A stretch of 29,787 nucleotides of DNA from a virus (taxonomy: Duplodnaviria; Caudoviricetes). Positions 1 to 10,260 of the stretch are shown piece by piece. The notes beneath the pieces were generated by a model. The model did not search any database, was not told the DNA's origin, and saw only the letters and a program-made list of their open reading frames with translations. The translations under genes were made by a program, and so were the position numbers. Location of the stretch: positions 1 to 29,787 of IMG/VR virus record IMGVR_UViG_3300022936_000189; one strand, given 5' to 3'. Positions within the stretch are counted from its first letter, which is position 1. Every line of letters begins with the position of its first letter.

Positions 1-1764
1 TTCACTATGTGCTTTAAGATAGGTTTTTAGTTCGCGGTCGGCATTTTCAACCGCAACAGCAGCCTGTGCTTTTGCAAGGTCATTGGTAATTTTGGCGTCG
101 GCAATTTCCTTTTGCAATTTGGCATTCGCCGATTTATCTGATGCGGCAAATTCGGCTTGCGCCAATTTTCTCTTTGCCGTAGCTACCTTTTCGGCCAGTT
201 CCAGTTCGTCTTTAAGGCTTTTTGCCTTAACGCCCTGCTGCTCTATAAAGAGGTTAAGCGACAAGCTTTGCCTTTGCACCTCGTCATCCAGCGCCTGTTT
301 TGCCTTTGCCTTGCGGGCATCTTCGGCCTGCTGGCGTTTTTGCTGGGCATCATCGTGTATTTTTTGCTTTGCAGCCTCCTGGCTTTCCACCATTTTAACT
401 TCTTCGCCACTAAGGCGCATTTTTGCCACCTGTGCTTTTTGCAATGCATCAATTTCGGCTTGTGTAAAGCCCATTACCTTCATCATTTTTTCGGCGTATG
501 CCGCACCCTGTTCCTGCAGGCTGCTAAGTTCCTGGGCGGTAAGGCCCTTGCCTAAAGCCGCGTTGCGCACCGTTTGGTTATAAGCATCATCGGTAAGCTT
601 TTTACGTTGAGCCATGTTTGTGCTTTCTATAGCGGCGGCGGCGGTAAGGGCATCAAGGCGTTCCTTTTCGGATAACTTCTGGTTCTCCGACACCTTAATA
701 AGTGCTTCTGCCTGCTGCTTTGCCTTTTCGTTATTTACCTCCTGCACCGCCATTTGTGTGGCAAGTTCTTCCTGTGCTTTTTTAAGGCTTATGGTTTCTT
801 CTGCAGTCTTTTTTACCTCGGCAGTAAAATTAGTAACACCCTTTGCTGCATCATCAAACCCTAAAAAAGCAAGCCCATCGGCTATAAAGCCCATGGCTGC
901 CTCTGCTGCTTTGCCTGCCAGATCAAACCCTGCTGCAATACCGTCTATTAATATTTCGCCCAGGGGGGTTAGCAAATCCATGAGCGCATCTGTAATGACC
1001 GAGAAAGTTGTAAATATCTTTGTAATTTTATTAGCACTTTCTGTACTGTTGTTCATGGCATTTTGCACCAGGGCAAAGACCAGTACCAGTGCCGCAAGTA
1101 TAGCACCTATAGGGGTAGCCACAAAAGCAATCGACGATTTTGTCATGCCCATTATACCTTGAGACATACTCTCGAACGCGCCCTTAAGCAAAGGGCCTGT
1201 ACCGCCGGCTTCCTGTGCGCGGCTTATTAACCCTGTAAGCCCGCCGTTAAAAATATTAATGCTGTTAAAGCCTTCCTTTACCTGGTCTTTATAATCGCTC
1301 ATGGTGGTAATGAGCTTTGTGTTAGCCGACCCATTTTCTTTTAACCAGTTGTTATTTTCCTGAAGTTTCGCGTTTATTTTGCCCAACCGTTTCTCATAAT
1401 CATCATCGGTACTATTCAGGTTTTTTTTAAGTTCTATAAGCTGCCTGTTGTTGTTAAGGTAGTCATTCTCTGATTTATTAACTTCATTAACTGCATCTTT
1501 TACGGCTCTTTTTACCGATAATAATTTGCCGTCTTCTGTTGTTTGTGCTGCAATCGCTGCCGTTTGTAACGCGTAAGCCGATGTAAGATTTTTTATGGCG
1601 GTGGCGTTTGCCATAAACTGTATAGACCCTTCTTTGCCTTTTGTGGTAAGTTCTGCCTGCTTGGCATTAAGTTCGTCAATTTGCTTTTTTGAGTCTATAG
1701 CACTTTGCACTAATGCTTTAGTATCTATATCTAGCTTGCCCAATATTATTTTGTCTTTTGCCAT
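1..1764 (-). CDS. Phage tail tape measure protein (3' end runs off the window)
   Basis: Not in the ORF track. Open frame from ATG at 1764 (MAKDKIILGKLDIDTKALVQ...) to the window edge. Ala/Lys/Glu-rich helical sequence with a hydrophobic segment FVATPIGAILAALVLVFALV. TAATG coupling to the upstream ORF. Confidence 0.85.
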   Translation of the reverse strand, partial: MAKDKIILGKLDIDTKALVQSAIDSKKQIDELNAKQAELTTKGKEGSIQFMANATAIKNLTSAYALQTAAIAAQTTEDGKLLSVKRAVKDAVNEVNKSENDYLNNNRQLIELKKNLNSTDDDYEKRLGKINAKLQENNNWLKENGSANTKLITTMSDYKDQVKEGFNSINIFNGGLTGLISRAQEAGGTGPLLKGAFESMSQGIMGMTKSSIAFVATPIGAILAALVLVFALVQNAMNNSTESANKITKIFTTFSVITDALMDLLTPLGEILIDGIAAGFDLAGKAAEAAMGFIADGLAFLGFDDAAKGVTNFTAEVKKTAEETISLKKAQEELATQMAVQEVNNEKAKQQAEALIKVSENQKLSEKERLDALTAAAAIESTNMAQRKKLTDDAYNQTVRNAALGKGLTAQELSSLQEQGAAYAEKMMKVMGFTQAEIDALQKAQVAKMRLSGEEVKMVESQEAAKQKIHDDAQQKRQQAEDARKAKAKQALDDEVQRQSLSLNLFIEQQGVKAKSLKDELELAEKVATAKRKLAQAEFAASDKSANAKLQKEIADAKITNDLAKAQAAVAVENADRELKTYLKAHSE

Positions 1765-2051
1765 TAGGTTACAATCAAGGTTAAAATATTACTTTCAAGG
1801 CTTATTTTTTTATTTGTAGTACTTACACTTAGTTTAATGGTATAAGTGCCCGGTTGCGCACAGGTAACCACATATTCATAATTAGAAATTTTAGTTACCG
1901 CACCCTGCGCCGTGAGTGCAAAACTGTACACCTCCTGGTTGTACAGCGTGTTTAGCCACACGGTAACGGGCGTGTTTACAGCAACTTGTTTTTGCATAAT
2001 ACCAAAGCCAAAATCTATAGCGGGCGGTATGTTTTTAAGCTGATCTATCAT
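1764..2051 (-). CDS. Small beta-rich (Ig/PKD-like) tail-associated protein
   Basis: 95 aa, PGTYTIKLSV motif, overlaps both neighbours in the tail operon. Confidence 0.55.
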   Translation of the reverse strand: MIDQLKNIPPAIDFGFGIMQKQVAVNTPVTVWLNTLYNQEVYSFALTAQGAVTKISNYEYVVTCAQPGTYTIKLSVSTTNKKISLESNILTLIVT

Positions 2052-4306
2052 GGTATGGTAATTAAAAAGATGTTAGAATAATTAATTACAGAGCTGTTTG
2101 TATAATCGTAACTGCTTATCCTAAAGTAATGTGTGCCACTGGCTAACCGTGTAGTGGTATAGGGGCTGGATAAATTTTCAGATACTCCCGAATAGCTCAT
2201 CCAGTCAACGGCATCTATAGATTTTTCTATAACGCAGGGGTAATTATCTATAGCCCGCGTAAAGTAAATTATAGCCCTTAGCCCACCTGTTCTTTGTATA
2301 CCTGTAATAGTAAAAACAGGCGGTGCAGCAACCGGTGGCGGTGTGCTGTAGGCCACTTGTACCAGTTCGCAACTTGTAACCTTACCGGGTATGTAATTGT
2401 TTACCTTGTTTAAAATGTAATAGTTAGACAATTGCTCTATATAGTACATCTTTTTAAAATCAAGGTTGGCAATGTCAACATCGGTAAGCCATAGCTGTGC
2501 CGTGACCAGCACAGCGTTGTTAAGTATAGCTTGTAACGGTGCATAAAATCGCTCTGTTATACTTTTAAAGCTAAGGCCGCTAAAAGTTTCTCTATAGTAA
2601 CCGTTTGTAGGATTATTTAAATCGCCAAGAATATTAGATACCACATTTATAGTGCCCGATACCTGCTGCGATTTTAAAAAGTAGTAACGCTTATCTAATG
2701 GTTTATAAGTAACAGTGGGCTCGCCGGGCTGCGGGTCTTCTACCACCTCTTTTTCCCAAAGCTTGTACACATTGCTGTTTTGGCCAAGGTAGAGTGATGG
2801 CACCCGCTCCGGGCTGTATATTTTAGATTTTATAACATCGCGGGTATCGGGCAGGTTTACATTAGCAATACCTATGGCCCAGTCGTTATGCGAGCTCTCC
2901 TTATCATTATAAGTATATTTAAACCAGTTGCTCTGGGCATAAGTGCCATATATATAATTTTCGCCTGTTTTTTTACTTAATTTATGGCTCCAGTTTACAA
3001 CATCAGCTCCCTGCAATTGCTCCTGCAGCGTTAAAAACCGGTAGTTATTGCTAAACTTTTCCTTATACATGGTAAGCCCAAAACGGTGCACCACTTCATT
3101 AAGAAAATCCTTTACGGCAAAATCTGAAAGTACTATACTAAAATCTACACTCTCGGCATCTAAACGTATAAGCTCTATAGTAAGTTCATCGGCATACCAG
3201 TCTTCATTAAGCTCATAACTATCGGTACCCTGCCCGCCTATAATACCGCAGATACTATCAAAAGCATTAAGCTGAAAGGGGTTAGACGTAAACTCAAAAT
3301 CTTCGCCATATATTAAATAAGGCTGCTCGTTAAACACGTTTATAATATTGTTGCCCGCCTGATAAGCATGAAGGTTGTCGCAGTTTTTACCAAATTTTAT
3401 AAAACTGTCTTTATGAATGCCCGAATTGCCATCGCGGTGCCCAAAAAGCTTGCCCTTTATTTTAAGCTTGTATGATGCCGATGCCAGTACTTTTAAGTGA
3501 ATGCCGCCGTTATTGCTAAGCCATTGCGACTGGTACTGCTCTGTAGTCATGAACCTGCAATAGTATATCTTTCGTGAAAATATACCATTGCCGCTGCTTT
3601 GTATAAAATGGTAATCGCTGCATTTAAAAAGTGGCACATCGTTAACCTCGCTGCGCTCCTGCCCCTTAGGGAACGTCATGTAGAGCTGTTTAAAATCGGG
3701 CGAATTAAATATAGATCCTGTAGGCTGCACGTTGTTATTGTATTTTTCGAAGATCTTTTTCCAAAGCCACGACACACTCACAGATGGCACTAAATAATCT
3801 ATGTTTACCCGGTTATTACCGGTGCCAAGCGGGGCATTGTTACCATTATAATCGGCAATGATGTAGCGGTACGGCAGGGTAGCAGCCCAGGAACCCTTTA
3901 CCCCCTGCACCGTTTTGTTGTGTGTAAGTTCTTCCAGGCCTATATCGTTCAGCATCTTGTTCTCTATAACCTTATAGAGTTCTATAATGCCATCGTAAAC
4001 GGCAACATCATAATTGTCGCCACCATCTGTAACCACAGCCCAGCCTTTATAAACAAAGCATTCGCCCGAAGCACTATAAAGTGAACACTCATTTTTTTGA
4101 TAGGGTATTGCCGATTTGTTACCCACGAGGGTTAAAAACTGCATAATGCGGATATTGTTTGCCGTTTTAGGCAGGCTAAATTTGTTCGTGTAACTGGCCT
4201 GCCGGTTATCGAGGCTGTTAAGGTCGTTTACCTGCCGGGTTTGGGCAATAACGGTACCGGCATCAACATCTGTAAGTTGCCCGTTAATGTATAATAGTAG
4301 TGCCAA
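2048..4306 (-). CDS. Tail tip/hub-like minor tail protein with C-terminal FN3-like domain
   Basis: 752 aa, TTG start. N-terminal SYTNKFSLPKTANN is of the type seen in Bacteroidota siphophage tail proteins. Pro-rich linker, then an FN3-like end (IEKSIDAVDW...GTHYFRI). Confidence 0.7.
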   Translation of the reverse strand: MALLLYINGQLTDVDAGTVIAQTRQVNDLNSLDNRQASYTNKFSLPKTANNIRIMQFLTLVGNKSAIPYQKNECSLYSASGECFVYKGWAVVTDGGDNYDVAVYDGIIELYKVIENKMLNDIGLEELTHNKTVQGVKGSWAATLPYRYIIADYNGNNAPLGTGNNRVNIDYLVPSVSVSWLWKKIFEKYNNNVQPTGSIFNSPDFKQLYMTFPKGQERSEVNDVPLFKCSDYHFIQSSGNGIFSRKIYYCRFMTTEQYQSQWLSNNGGIHLKVLASASYKLKIKGKLFGHRDGNSGIHKDSFIKFGKNCDNLHAYQAGNNIINVFNEQPYLIYGEDFEFTSNPFQLNAFDSICGIIGGQGTDSYELNEDWYADELTIELIRLDAESVDFSIVLSDFAVKDFLNEVVHRFGLTMYKEKFSNNYRFLTLQEQLQGADVVNWSHKLSKKTGENYIYGTYAQSNWFKYTYNDKESSHNDWAIGIANVNLPDTRDVIKSKIYSPERVPSLYLGQNSNVYKLWEKEVVEDPQPGEPTVTYKPLDKRYYFLKSQQVSGTINVVSNILGDLNNPTNGYYRETFSGLSFKSITERFYAPLQAILNNAVLVTAQLWLTDVDIANLDFKKMYYIEQLSNYYILNKVNNYIPGKVTSCELVQVAYSTPPPVAAPPVFTITGIQRTGGLRAIIYFTRAIDNYPCVIEKSIDAVDWMSYSGVSENLSSPYTTTRLASGTHYFRISSYDYTNSSVINYSNIFLITIP

Positions 4307-4376
4307 TGGTTTTGTATTGGAGGAAATATTGATTTTGGACAGGAGGTTTTATGTCCGATGTCCGAAGCCTGTGTAA

Positions 4377-4793
4377 AAGGAACGCGGATTAGCGCGGATT
4401 TTATTATGTGCATCTATCCGCTTCTTTCTTCCCGCGCTGTCATTGCGAGGCACGAAGCAATCTTTGTTCGTATTTTACTATTAACACACCCCTAACCCCT
4501 CTCAAGAGGGGAACAGCCCCCAACACCGTAATGAGCACGTGAAAAAAAGAGTGATCTTTACAAGCACAGCTTTAGGGCAGGAGTGTAGCTGGCTCCCCAC
4601 TTGAGAGGGGTTGGGGGTGTGTTTTTATCGTGTGAACAAATATTAACCTCACCCCTCCCGATAGCTATCGGGACTCTCCAAAGGAGAGGGGAACTCCTGC
4701 CGACTTACTCCTGTGAATTTTTCTTTACGATCGAGTGAATACATCCGAGTGTAGCTGCCCCCCTCTCCTTCGGAGAGGGGCTGGGGGTGAGGT
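4377..4793. repeat. Composite REP-like palindrome cluster
   Basis: GGAACGCGGAT unit (from 4379), TGTCATTGCGAGGCACGAAGCAATCT (4438-4463), and inverted pairs of CCCCTCTC-AA-GAGGGG / CCCTCTCC-TTC-GGAGAGGG units (4484-4514 with 4581-4622; 4646-4694 with 4747-4793). Confidence 0.85.
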
Positions 4794-4832
4794 AAAAAGG
4801 CGTTAGGGGTCTGTTCCAACCAAGTACAGCTC

Positions 4833-4909
4833 AATCTAAAATCTCACTTCTAACATCTATAATCTCACATCTATCATCTATCATCTCACATCTATCATCT
4901 ATCATCTAC
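4833..4909. repeat. Heptamer tandem repeat (CATCTAT-like, about 11 units)
   Basis: aatctaa aatctca cttctaa catctat aatctca catctat catctat catctca catctat catctat catctac, abutting a stop codon. Confidence 0.85.
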
Positions 4910-6063
4910 TAAAGAATCTGCGTAAACCTCACCGGCAGCTCAATATCAAAAGTAAAATTAGTAAGCGGCTGGCGTGGATTTTTAATGCGTACCCCTGTGG
5001 TTTTAAGCACCACCTCTACCCAGTCGTTATAGCTATTACGGGCGTAGGGCTGACCTGTAAAGAGGTAAATTTTTGGCGAATCAAGAATCCCCTCTACAAT
5101 GCGGCGTTCCTCTTCAGTAAGCAGTTCGGCAACAATTTTTAAAGTATCCTGACTCTCCTTCCCCATCTGTATCGTTCGCCCAAAACTATCTTCGGGATTG
5201 TCGTTATCGCTGTCCAGTTCGCCCAGTTGCTTTGTGTTGCGGTCTATACTGTAGGTATCTTCAAACAGCCAGTAGCTGTAGCCGCCCATGGCGTTAAGCC
5301 ACTTAAGGTACACGCCGGGTTTGTATGGCACCTTATTAAGGGATATAAAAACATCCTCTTCAGACGGTTCATCTGTAGCCAAAATGCGCAGGCTGTTGTG
5401 CCCGTTAGATAGTGGCAATACATCTTCCAGCGTTTCATCATCATCGCCATTGCTAAACACCAGCCTGAAAACCGGGTTTGCCACAGTAAACTGCTGCGTG
5501 AGCAAATTAGTCTCATTGCTTACCCTGAACGGTGTTGCAGGCGCATAGACCGAAATATCGTAGGGGTAGCCCTGCCAGTAGTTTAAATACCAGGCATTCG
5601 CCGAAGCTTTTGCAAACGGGCTTAATACATAAGTTCCTAACGTGCTGAGTGGCGTGTAGCTGCCGGGTTGTACCGCTCCCGCAATCCAGGTTAGGGTGTG
5701 GGTAACATCATTGGTACTATCATCTGTAAACGTGATTTCTATATTTACGTTAAGCTGTAAGAGTGTGCCGGGCGTGGCATTATATACAAAAGTATCGGGG
5801 TTTGTACGGTTAAGTTCCGGCTGCAATGTGTCCTGAAAATTACGTGTGTTTATAAGTGCGGTAACATAGGGCTTAAAGTTGAAAAAGAACGTGCCGTCGG
5901 GCGCAGGATACAGCATAATGTTAAGCGCGGTAGTATCATTTCGATTTGTTATGGTGCAAAATTTTGCCGCCACAGTGCTATCCGAATAAAACCTAAGCAC
6001 ATCGTTGTTATAGGCCATACGTAGTTTTGTTGCTTCTATGGGCTTAGAGAAAATAATACTCAT
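4909..6063 (-). CDS. Minor tail protein (distal-tail-like)
   Basis: 384 aa with YLKWLNAMGGYSYWLF and ILDSPKIYL motifs, in tail operon context. Confidence 0.6.
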   Translation of the reverse strand: MSIIFSKPIEATKLRMAYNNDVLRFYSDSTVAAKFCTITNRNDTTALNIMLYPAPDGTFFFNFKPYVTALINTRNFQDTLQPELNRTNPDTFVYNATPGTLLQLNVNIEITFTDDSTNDVTHTLTWIAGAVQPGSYTPLSTLGTYVLSPFAKASANAWYLNYWQGYPYDISVYAPATPFRVSNETNLLTQQFTVANPVFRLVFSNGDDDETLEDVLPLSNGHNSLRILATDEPSEEDVFISLNKVPYKPGVYLKWLNAMGGYSYWLFEDTYSIDRNTKQLGELDSDNDNPEDSFGRTIQMGKESQDTLKIVAELLTEEERRIVEGILDSPKIYLFTGQPYARNSYNDWVEVVLKTTGVRIKNPRQPLTNFTFDIELPVRFTQIL

Positions 6064-6515
6064 AAGGCAATTTGTTTTAAGTAATCAGAAATCTGGGTAG
6101 TAAAATTGTTCAGGTACACTTCGCCCACCTTATCCAGTATTTCCTGAATTCGCTGTGGCGTAACCACGCTGTCCGTTACATTAGGCGTGCCTGCTTTGGG
6201 CTGCCAGCCTTCCCGCCCTATTTTGCGGGCAATTAAAAAGGCAAGACTGCTTACGGTCATGTTCTTTTGCAGCCTCGTGGCAATACCTTTTTGTTGTATC
6301 CATTGCTCTATAGCTTCGCTGGGCGGCGGGGTTCCCGGGGCACGGCCGTTTATATAATCGGCAGCGGTAATGCTGTAGCCGTGGGGTGTGGCTTTAACCA
6401 TAACCGTATCTGCCCAGTTGCCGCTTACCGCCTGCCCGCTGGCTTCATACGCCGCAATAATATCTGCCCTAAGCAGTTCAAACTCGGCTGCCAAAACTTG
6501 GTTGGCATCACTCAT
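6060..6515 (-). CDS. Neck/tail-completion protein (HK97 gp10-like)
   Basis: GRAPGTPPPSEAIEQWIQQKGI...LAFLIARKIGREG pattern. Confidence 0.6.
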   Translation of the reverse strand: MSDANQVLAAEFELLRADIIAAYEASGQAVSGNWADTVMVKATPHGYSITAADYINGRAPGTPPPSEAIEQWIQQKGIATRLQKNMTVSSLAFLIARKIGREGWQPKAGTPNVTDSVVTPQRIQEILDKVGEVYLNNFTTQISDYLKQIAL

Positions 6516-6957
6516 AATTCACAGGAAATTTAATGCGGTAACTGCACAACAGGCCATCCATATTAGCATCGAGCGCATCGGTAACGTCTATATTGTCCCA
6601 CTGCAATACTTCGGCATCAAGGCACGCGAGTGTATTACCAATATCCTGAAAAACATCAAGCAGCGGGGCAATGTTTACGGCATATTTAGACGTTTCCTCA
6701 TTACCCCTTTCGGCAAAATACTGCTGGTCAAAGTCGGCGTGCTTTACCAAAAAGAATTTCCCCTCATAGGTAGCGGCCGTAATTTTTGTACCCGACGTGT
6801 TGTATTCGCTCTTACGGTTGGTAAACTCATGCAGCAGGAAAATTTTGTCAGGCTCGAGTGTGCCATCCAGGAGGTTAAGCGCGGCTTTCTTGCCGTAATG
6901 ATATGCCAGGTTTTTGCTAAGCGCAATGTCCTGGAGAATGCGTACTATGTCTTTCAT
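6508..6957 (-). CDS. Putative tail terminator/head-tail joining protein
   Basis: 149 aa acidic protein overlapping the neck gene. Call rests on size and position only. Confidence 0.45.
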   Translation of the reverse strand: MKDIVRILQDIALSKNLAYHYGKKAALNLLDGTLEPDKIFLLHEFTNRKSEYNTSGTKITAATYEGKFFLVKHADFDQQYFAERGNEETSKYAVNIAPLLDVFQDIGNTLACLDAEVLQWDNIDVTDALDANMDGLLCSYRIKFPVNYE

Positions 6958-7004
6958 TTGAGAATGTGGATTTGGTTATTTGTTTTTTGTTGATGTGATT
7001 TAAA

Positions 7005-7510
7005 AAGGAACGCGGATTTTTTTGTTGCTTTCTTCACGCGTGAGTGTAGCTGGTTCCCCTCTTGAGAGGGGTTAGGGGTGTGTTATTTATAAGAAATATT
7101 ATAAGGGAACACGGATGGTCACTGCTGCTGCGCAATCGCGGATGAACGCGGATTTTTTTGTTGCTTTCTTCACGCGTGAGTGTAGCTGGTTCCCCTCTTG
7201 AGAGGGGTTAGGGGTGTGTTGTTTATGTGTTTTACCTTTTTCACATCCCCTTCTTTACGTCGTCGTCATTGCGAGGCACGAAGCAATCTCATCATTTAAA
7301 GATTGCCGATACTTTTCTCATTTTATAAAGATAACACACCCCTAACCCCTCTCAAGAGGGGAACAAGCCCCCAACACCGGAAACTTCCTGAATAAAAAGA
7401 TTGCTTCGTGCCTCGCAATGACAGTACGTGAAGAAAAGTTAACAAAAGAAATATCCTAAAAGAAATCCGCGCTAATCCGCGCTTTCAATCCGCGTCATCC
7501 GCGTTCCCTT
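7005..7510. repeat. Nested REP-like cluster with an internal direct duplication of about 77 bp
   Basis: GAACGCGGATTTTTT...GAGTGTAGCTGGTTCCCCTCTTGAGAGGGGTTAGGGGTGTGTT at about 7008-7084 and 7144-7220. GTCATTGCGAGGCACGAAGCAATCT at about 7265 is inverted at about 7399-7423. ATCCGCG units at 7465-7510. Confidence 0.9.
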
Positions 7511-7549
7511 TCTGTAAACTGCGAACAAATAACCATCAACCGACAACGA

Positions 7550-8089
7550 TCAACTGTTCCTCGAAAGTTTCCCATACTCTGCCTCTACCTCGTTTTGGGT
7601 TTTAGTTTGGGCAAGGAGGTTAAAGATCTCGCTATACGGTTTCCTGCCCAGGTCGAAAGGGTATTGCCCAAACAGCTTGCCCAGTTGCAGTAGCGGTAGC
7701 GTGTCGCTGTAGGGTTTCAGTTTATCGGCACCGGCCATTTCCCACAGGTGGGTATCGGTATTTTGCGTGACGAGCAGCTTGTTTTCGGTAGCAATTATGC
7801 GTTCAAATTCGGCTATCATAAACTTCCGCGCCGAAAAATACTCTATAACCGTTGCCCTCCAAAAGTCTTTTTCGGGCACTTCAAAGCAAATCTCAAACAG
7901 TTGCTGTATGCCCTGCCAGCTGATTACTTTTGGCAACTGCCGTATGCAGTATTTTACATTGGCATAAGGCATTTGGTTTACGTTCATTTGCCTTTTGGCG
8001 AAGTGGTTCTTTGGGTTTAAGTGGGTTAGTATATCGTAAGGCGCAGGGTCTTTAAGGGCGGTGTATTGTTTTAGGGTGATGTTTTTCAT
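7550..8089 (-). CDS. Phage protein, possibly a tail assembly chaperone
   Basis: 179 aa helical protein directly downstream of terL. Function is a guess. Confidence 0.45.
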   Translation of the reverse strand: MKNITLKQYTALKDPAPYDILTHLNPKNHFAKRQMNVNQMPYANVKYCIRQLPKVISWQGIQQLFEICFEVPEKDFWRATVIEYFSARKFMIAEFERIIATENKLLVTQNTDTHLWEMAGADKLKPYSDTLPLLQLGKLFGQYPFDLGRKPYSEIFNLLAQTKTQNEVEAEYGKLSRNS

Positions 8090-8104
8090 GTAAGATTGTA
8101 ATTA

Positions 8105-8391
8105 AACGTGGATTATGCAGATGCTGCGCAGTCGCGGATATTAACTGATTTTATAAGAAGAGTAAGAGATTCTGAGTGAAGTTCTTCCCCTCTTGAGAGG
8201 GGTTAGGGGTGTGTTTACCAATGAATTTAAAGTAGATTTAAAAGACACACCCCCAGCCCCTCTCAAGAGGGGAGCCAGCCCCCAACGCTGGATAGAACCG
8301 TGAAGAAAGGAACTTATAAAAATCAGTGTAAATCCGCGTTCCATCCCTAAAGGGTCAAGGCAAAATTCCCCCTTTGGGGTTAGGGGGCTCC
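8105..8391. repeat. REP-like cluster
   Basis: Inverted pair of CCCCTCTTGAGAGGGG units (about 8187-8214 and 8246-8278) bracketed by inverted CGCGGAT/ATCCGCG units. Confidence 0.8.
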
Positions 8392-9711
8392 CACCCTGAT
8401 TTTAGTCTGATACGTTTTTCGCAATGCAAACCAGTACCGCATCATGATGCTGTCCCACTCATCGGGGCTGCGGCCTATAAGCTCCTTAATGCGGTCTTTT
8501 GGGATGATGCCCTGCCTGCCGTCTTTATCAATATCCTTAAGTTTAACCTGCTCCATCTCTTCGGCGGTTGTTTGCTTTACGGCATCATTATCGCAAACTT
8601 CGCCTGCAAGGCGATTGGTAATCATCTCTGCCATTTTTATAGAACACTGACTCTTAAGGTTGTCGTAGTTGGGTTTAATGTACGTGTTGCCCTCGAGCAT
8701 TTCGAGCGGTGACGAGTTGTTTACAAAACCCTTGCATTTAAGAAAGTCTACCACGCCGCCACCCACACCATCTTCGTCGGCCACAATGTTAGAAAGGGCA
8801 ATGCCGTAGCGGGTTTGCAAAATTTTAGCACGTCCCACTACCTCATCGAGTCCGCTCTTGGCAATGCTTTCCCGCGCGATGCACACCCACCCGTGCCAAA
8901 TGCGAAACACCGTTTTGTCGCGGCCTTTACGGGCAACATCAATCGTCATGAATTTGAGTCCGCTTGGTGTAAGGTGCGAGGGGTTAAAATAATCGGCAAT
9001 GCTGTCGTTGTCCATTAGCGTTGCAGGGTCGTCGTCATACTCCCAGTTGCCGTAGTACAGGCGTTCGCGGCTGTTTTTATCGAGCCGTAAAAGCGACTGT
9101 AAATAACTGGGGTGCAGGTACGGGTTATCTGTAGGCAGACTCTGAATGAACCTCCTGTGCAACGGCAGCACACCATCACGCTGTGGTTTGTAGAACTCTT
9201 TATATGCCCAGTTCTTGGCGGGGTTGCAGGAACCCAGCATCTTGGGGATAAGGCCATATTGGGTTAGTTTATACCGAATACGGCTCTTTACAATTTGCCA
9301 GGCATGATAGGCCACCTGGTTGCATTCATCTATAAAAGCGCCGCTGATTTCGAGCGAGCCAAGGCTGTCAAAGTTAGGGTCGGATGGATACGAAAACAGG
9401 TCTTTGAGCAGTATCTGGCTGCCGTTGTTAAACTGAATTACATGCTCTACAGATTTGTACTTGAACTGGTTGCCCAACCGTAGCAGCGTTGCCTGTTCAA
9501 AAAAGGTGTTGAGCGTAGTTTCCTTAAGCGTTTTTAATTTAGACCGACCCATAAGCCAGCGCGTGCCCGGATATTTTTGGCACATTTCGATTAGCCAAAG
9601 GCAGCCAAGGGCACTCTTGCCACCACCGGCAGCACCGCCGTAGAGCACCTCTTCGGTTACCGCATCTTTTAAGTAAAAGACGGCATGCTCCTGTTTAACC
9701 AGCAGTTTCAT
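8380..9711 (-). CDS. terL: Terminase large subunit
   Basis: Walker A YGGAAGGGKS, Walker B AFIDE, coupling motif GSCNP, nuclease IDVARKGRD and RSPDEWD. Confidence 0.95.
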   Translation of the reverse strand: MKLLVKQEHAVFYLKDAVTEEVLYGGAAGGGKSALGCLWLIEMCQKYPGTRWLMGRSKLKTLKETTLNTFFEQATLLRLGNQFKYKSVEHVIQFNNGSQILLKDLFSYPSDPNFDSLGSLEISGAFIDECNQVAYHAWQIVKSRIRYKLTQYGLIPKMLGSCNPAKNWAYKEFYKPQRDGVLPLHRRFIQSLPTDNPYLHPSYLQSLLRLDKNSRERLYYGNWEYDDDPATLMDNDSIADYFNPSHLTPSGLKFMTIDVARKGRDKTVFRIWHGWVCIARESIAKSGLDEVVGRAKILQTRYGIALSNIVADEDGVGGGVVDFLKCKGFVNNSSPLEMLEGNTYIKPNYDNLKSQCSIKMAEMITNRLAGEVCDNDAVKQTTAEEMEQVKLKDIDKDGRQGIIPKDRIKELIGRSPDEWDSIMMRYWFALRKTYQTKIRVGAP

Positions 9712-10216
9712 CTGTAAGGGGGTTTTGGCCGGAGCCCAAATTGAGCGTTACGGCACCGGGAGATGCTTCATCGCTATCGTCATACTTTTCGTTCCACTGG
9801 GCAGGGTTGCGGTTGCGCAGCCAGAACTGCTGACTCCTGAAGTCGGCCGGAATATGCTTCTCGACCTCTACAATTTCTATGCGTTCTTTTTCAACGCGTT
9901 TTCCGTTCTCGTCATAATAAATTTCCTTGCACTTAATGGCCTGTCGCGTGGTTATAACCCTGTCTACCGTGGCCTGGTACAGCGAATGTGCCACCTCCAT
10001 ATCGGCCTGCCGTTTGCCCCGGTTTAGGGCATCGGCAAACTCCGGGTGGTCTTTTTTCCAGCGCGTGAGCATGCGCCGGCTTACGCCAAAAAACGTTGCC
10101 AGGTCCTGCTCTGTCAGCCCCAGCAGCGTTAGCTTTGTTGCCTGCGCCGCATAGGTTTCGCTATATTCTTTTTGTGTGGTTTTATGTATGACGGAAGCTG
10201 TTAGTGCTTCGTTCAT
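9695..10216 (-). CDS. terS: Terminase small subunit
   Basis: N-terminal HTH (LATFFGVSRRMLTRWKKDHPEF), FWLRNRNPAQW motif, overlaps the terL start. Confidence 0.88.
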   Translation of the reverse strand: MNEALTASVIHKTTQKEYSETYAAQATKLTLLGLTEQDLATFFGVSRRMLTRWKKDHPEFADALNRGKRQADMEVAHSLYQATVDRVITTRQAIKCKEIYYDENGKRVEKERIEIVEVEKHIPADFRSQQFWLRNRNPAQWNEKYDDSDEASPGAVTLNLGSGQNPLTDETAG

Positions 10217-10260
10217 TTTTTAAAAGGTGAGGAAATATTGGGGAAGGAAAAAAGCCTCAA

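Noticed and set aside
83-1819. Plus-strand ORFs 83-583, 157-555, 614-1162 and 1595-1819
   Set aside because: Antisense shadows of the tape measure gene
4228-4834. Small ORFs 4228-4413 and 4649-4834 (also 8141-8344)
   Set aside because: Overlap a real gene or consist of REP sequence
4320-10240. Shared GAGGAAATATTG upstream of terS (about 10229) and the tail-tip gene (about 4320)
   Set aside because: Only two short copies, and they lack the GTG/CAC arms of the proposed operator; could be chance
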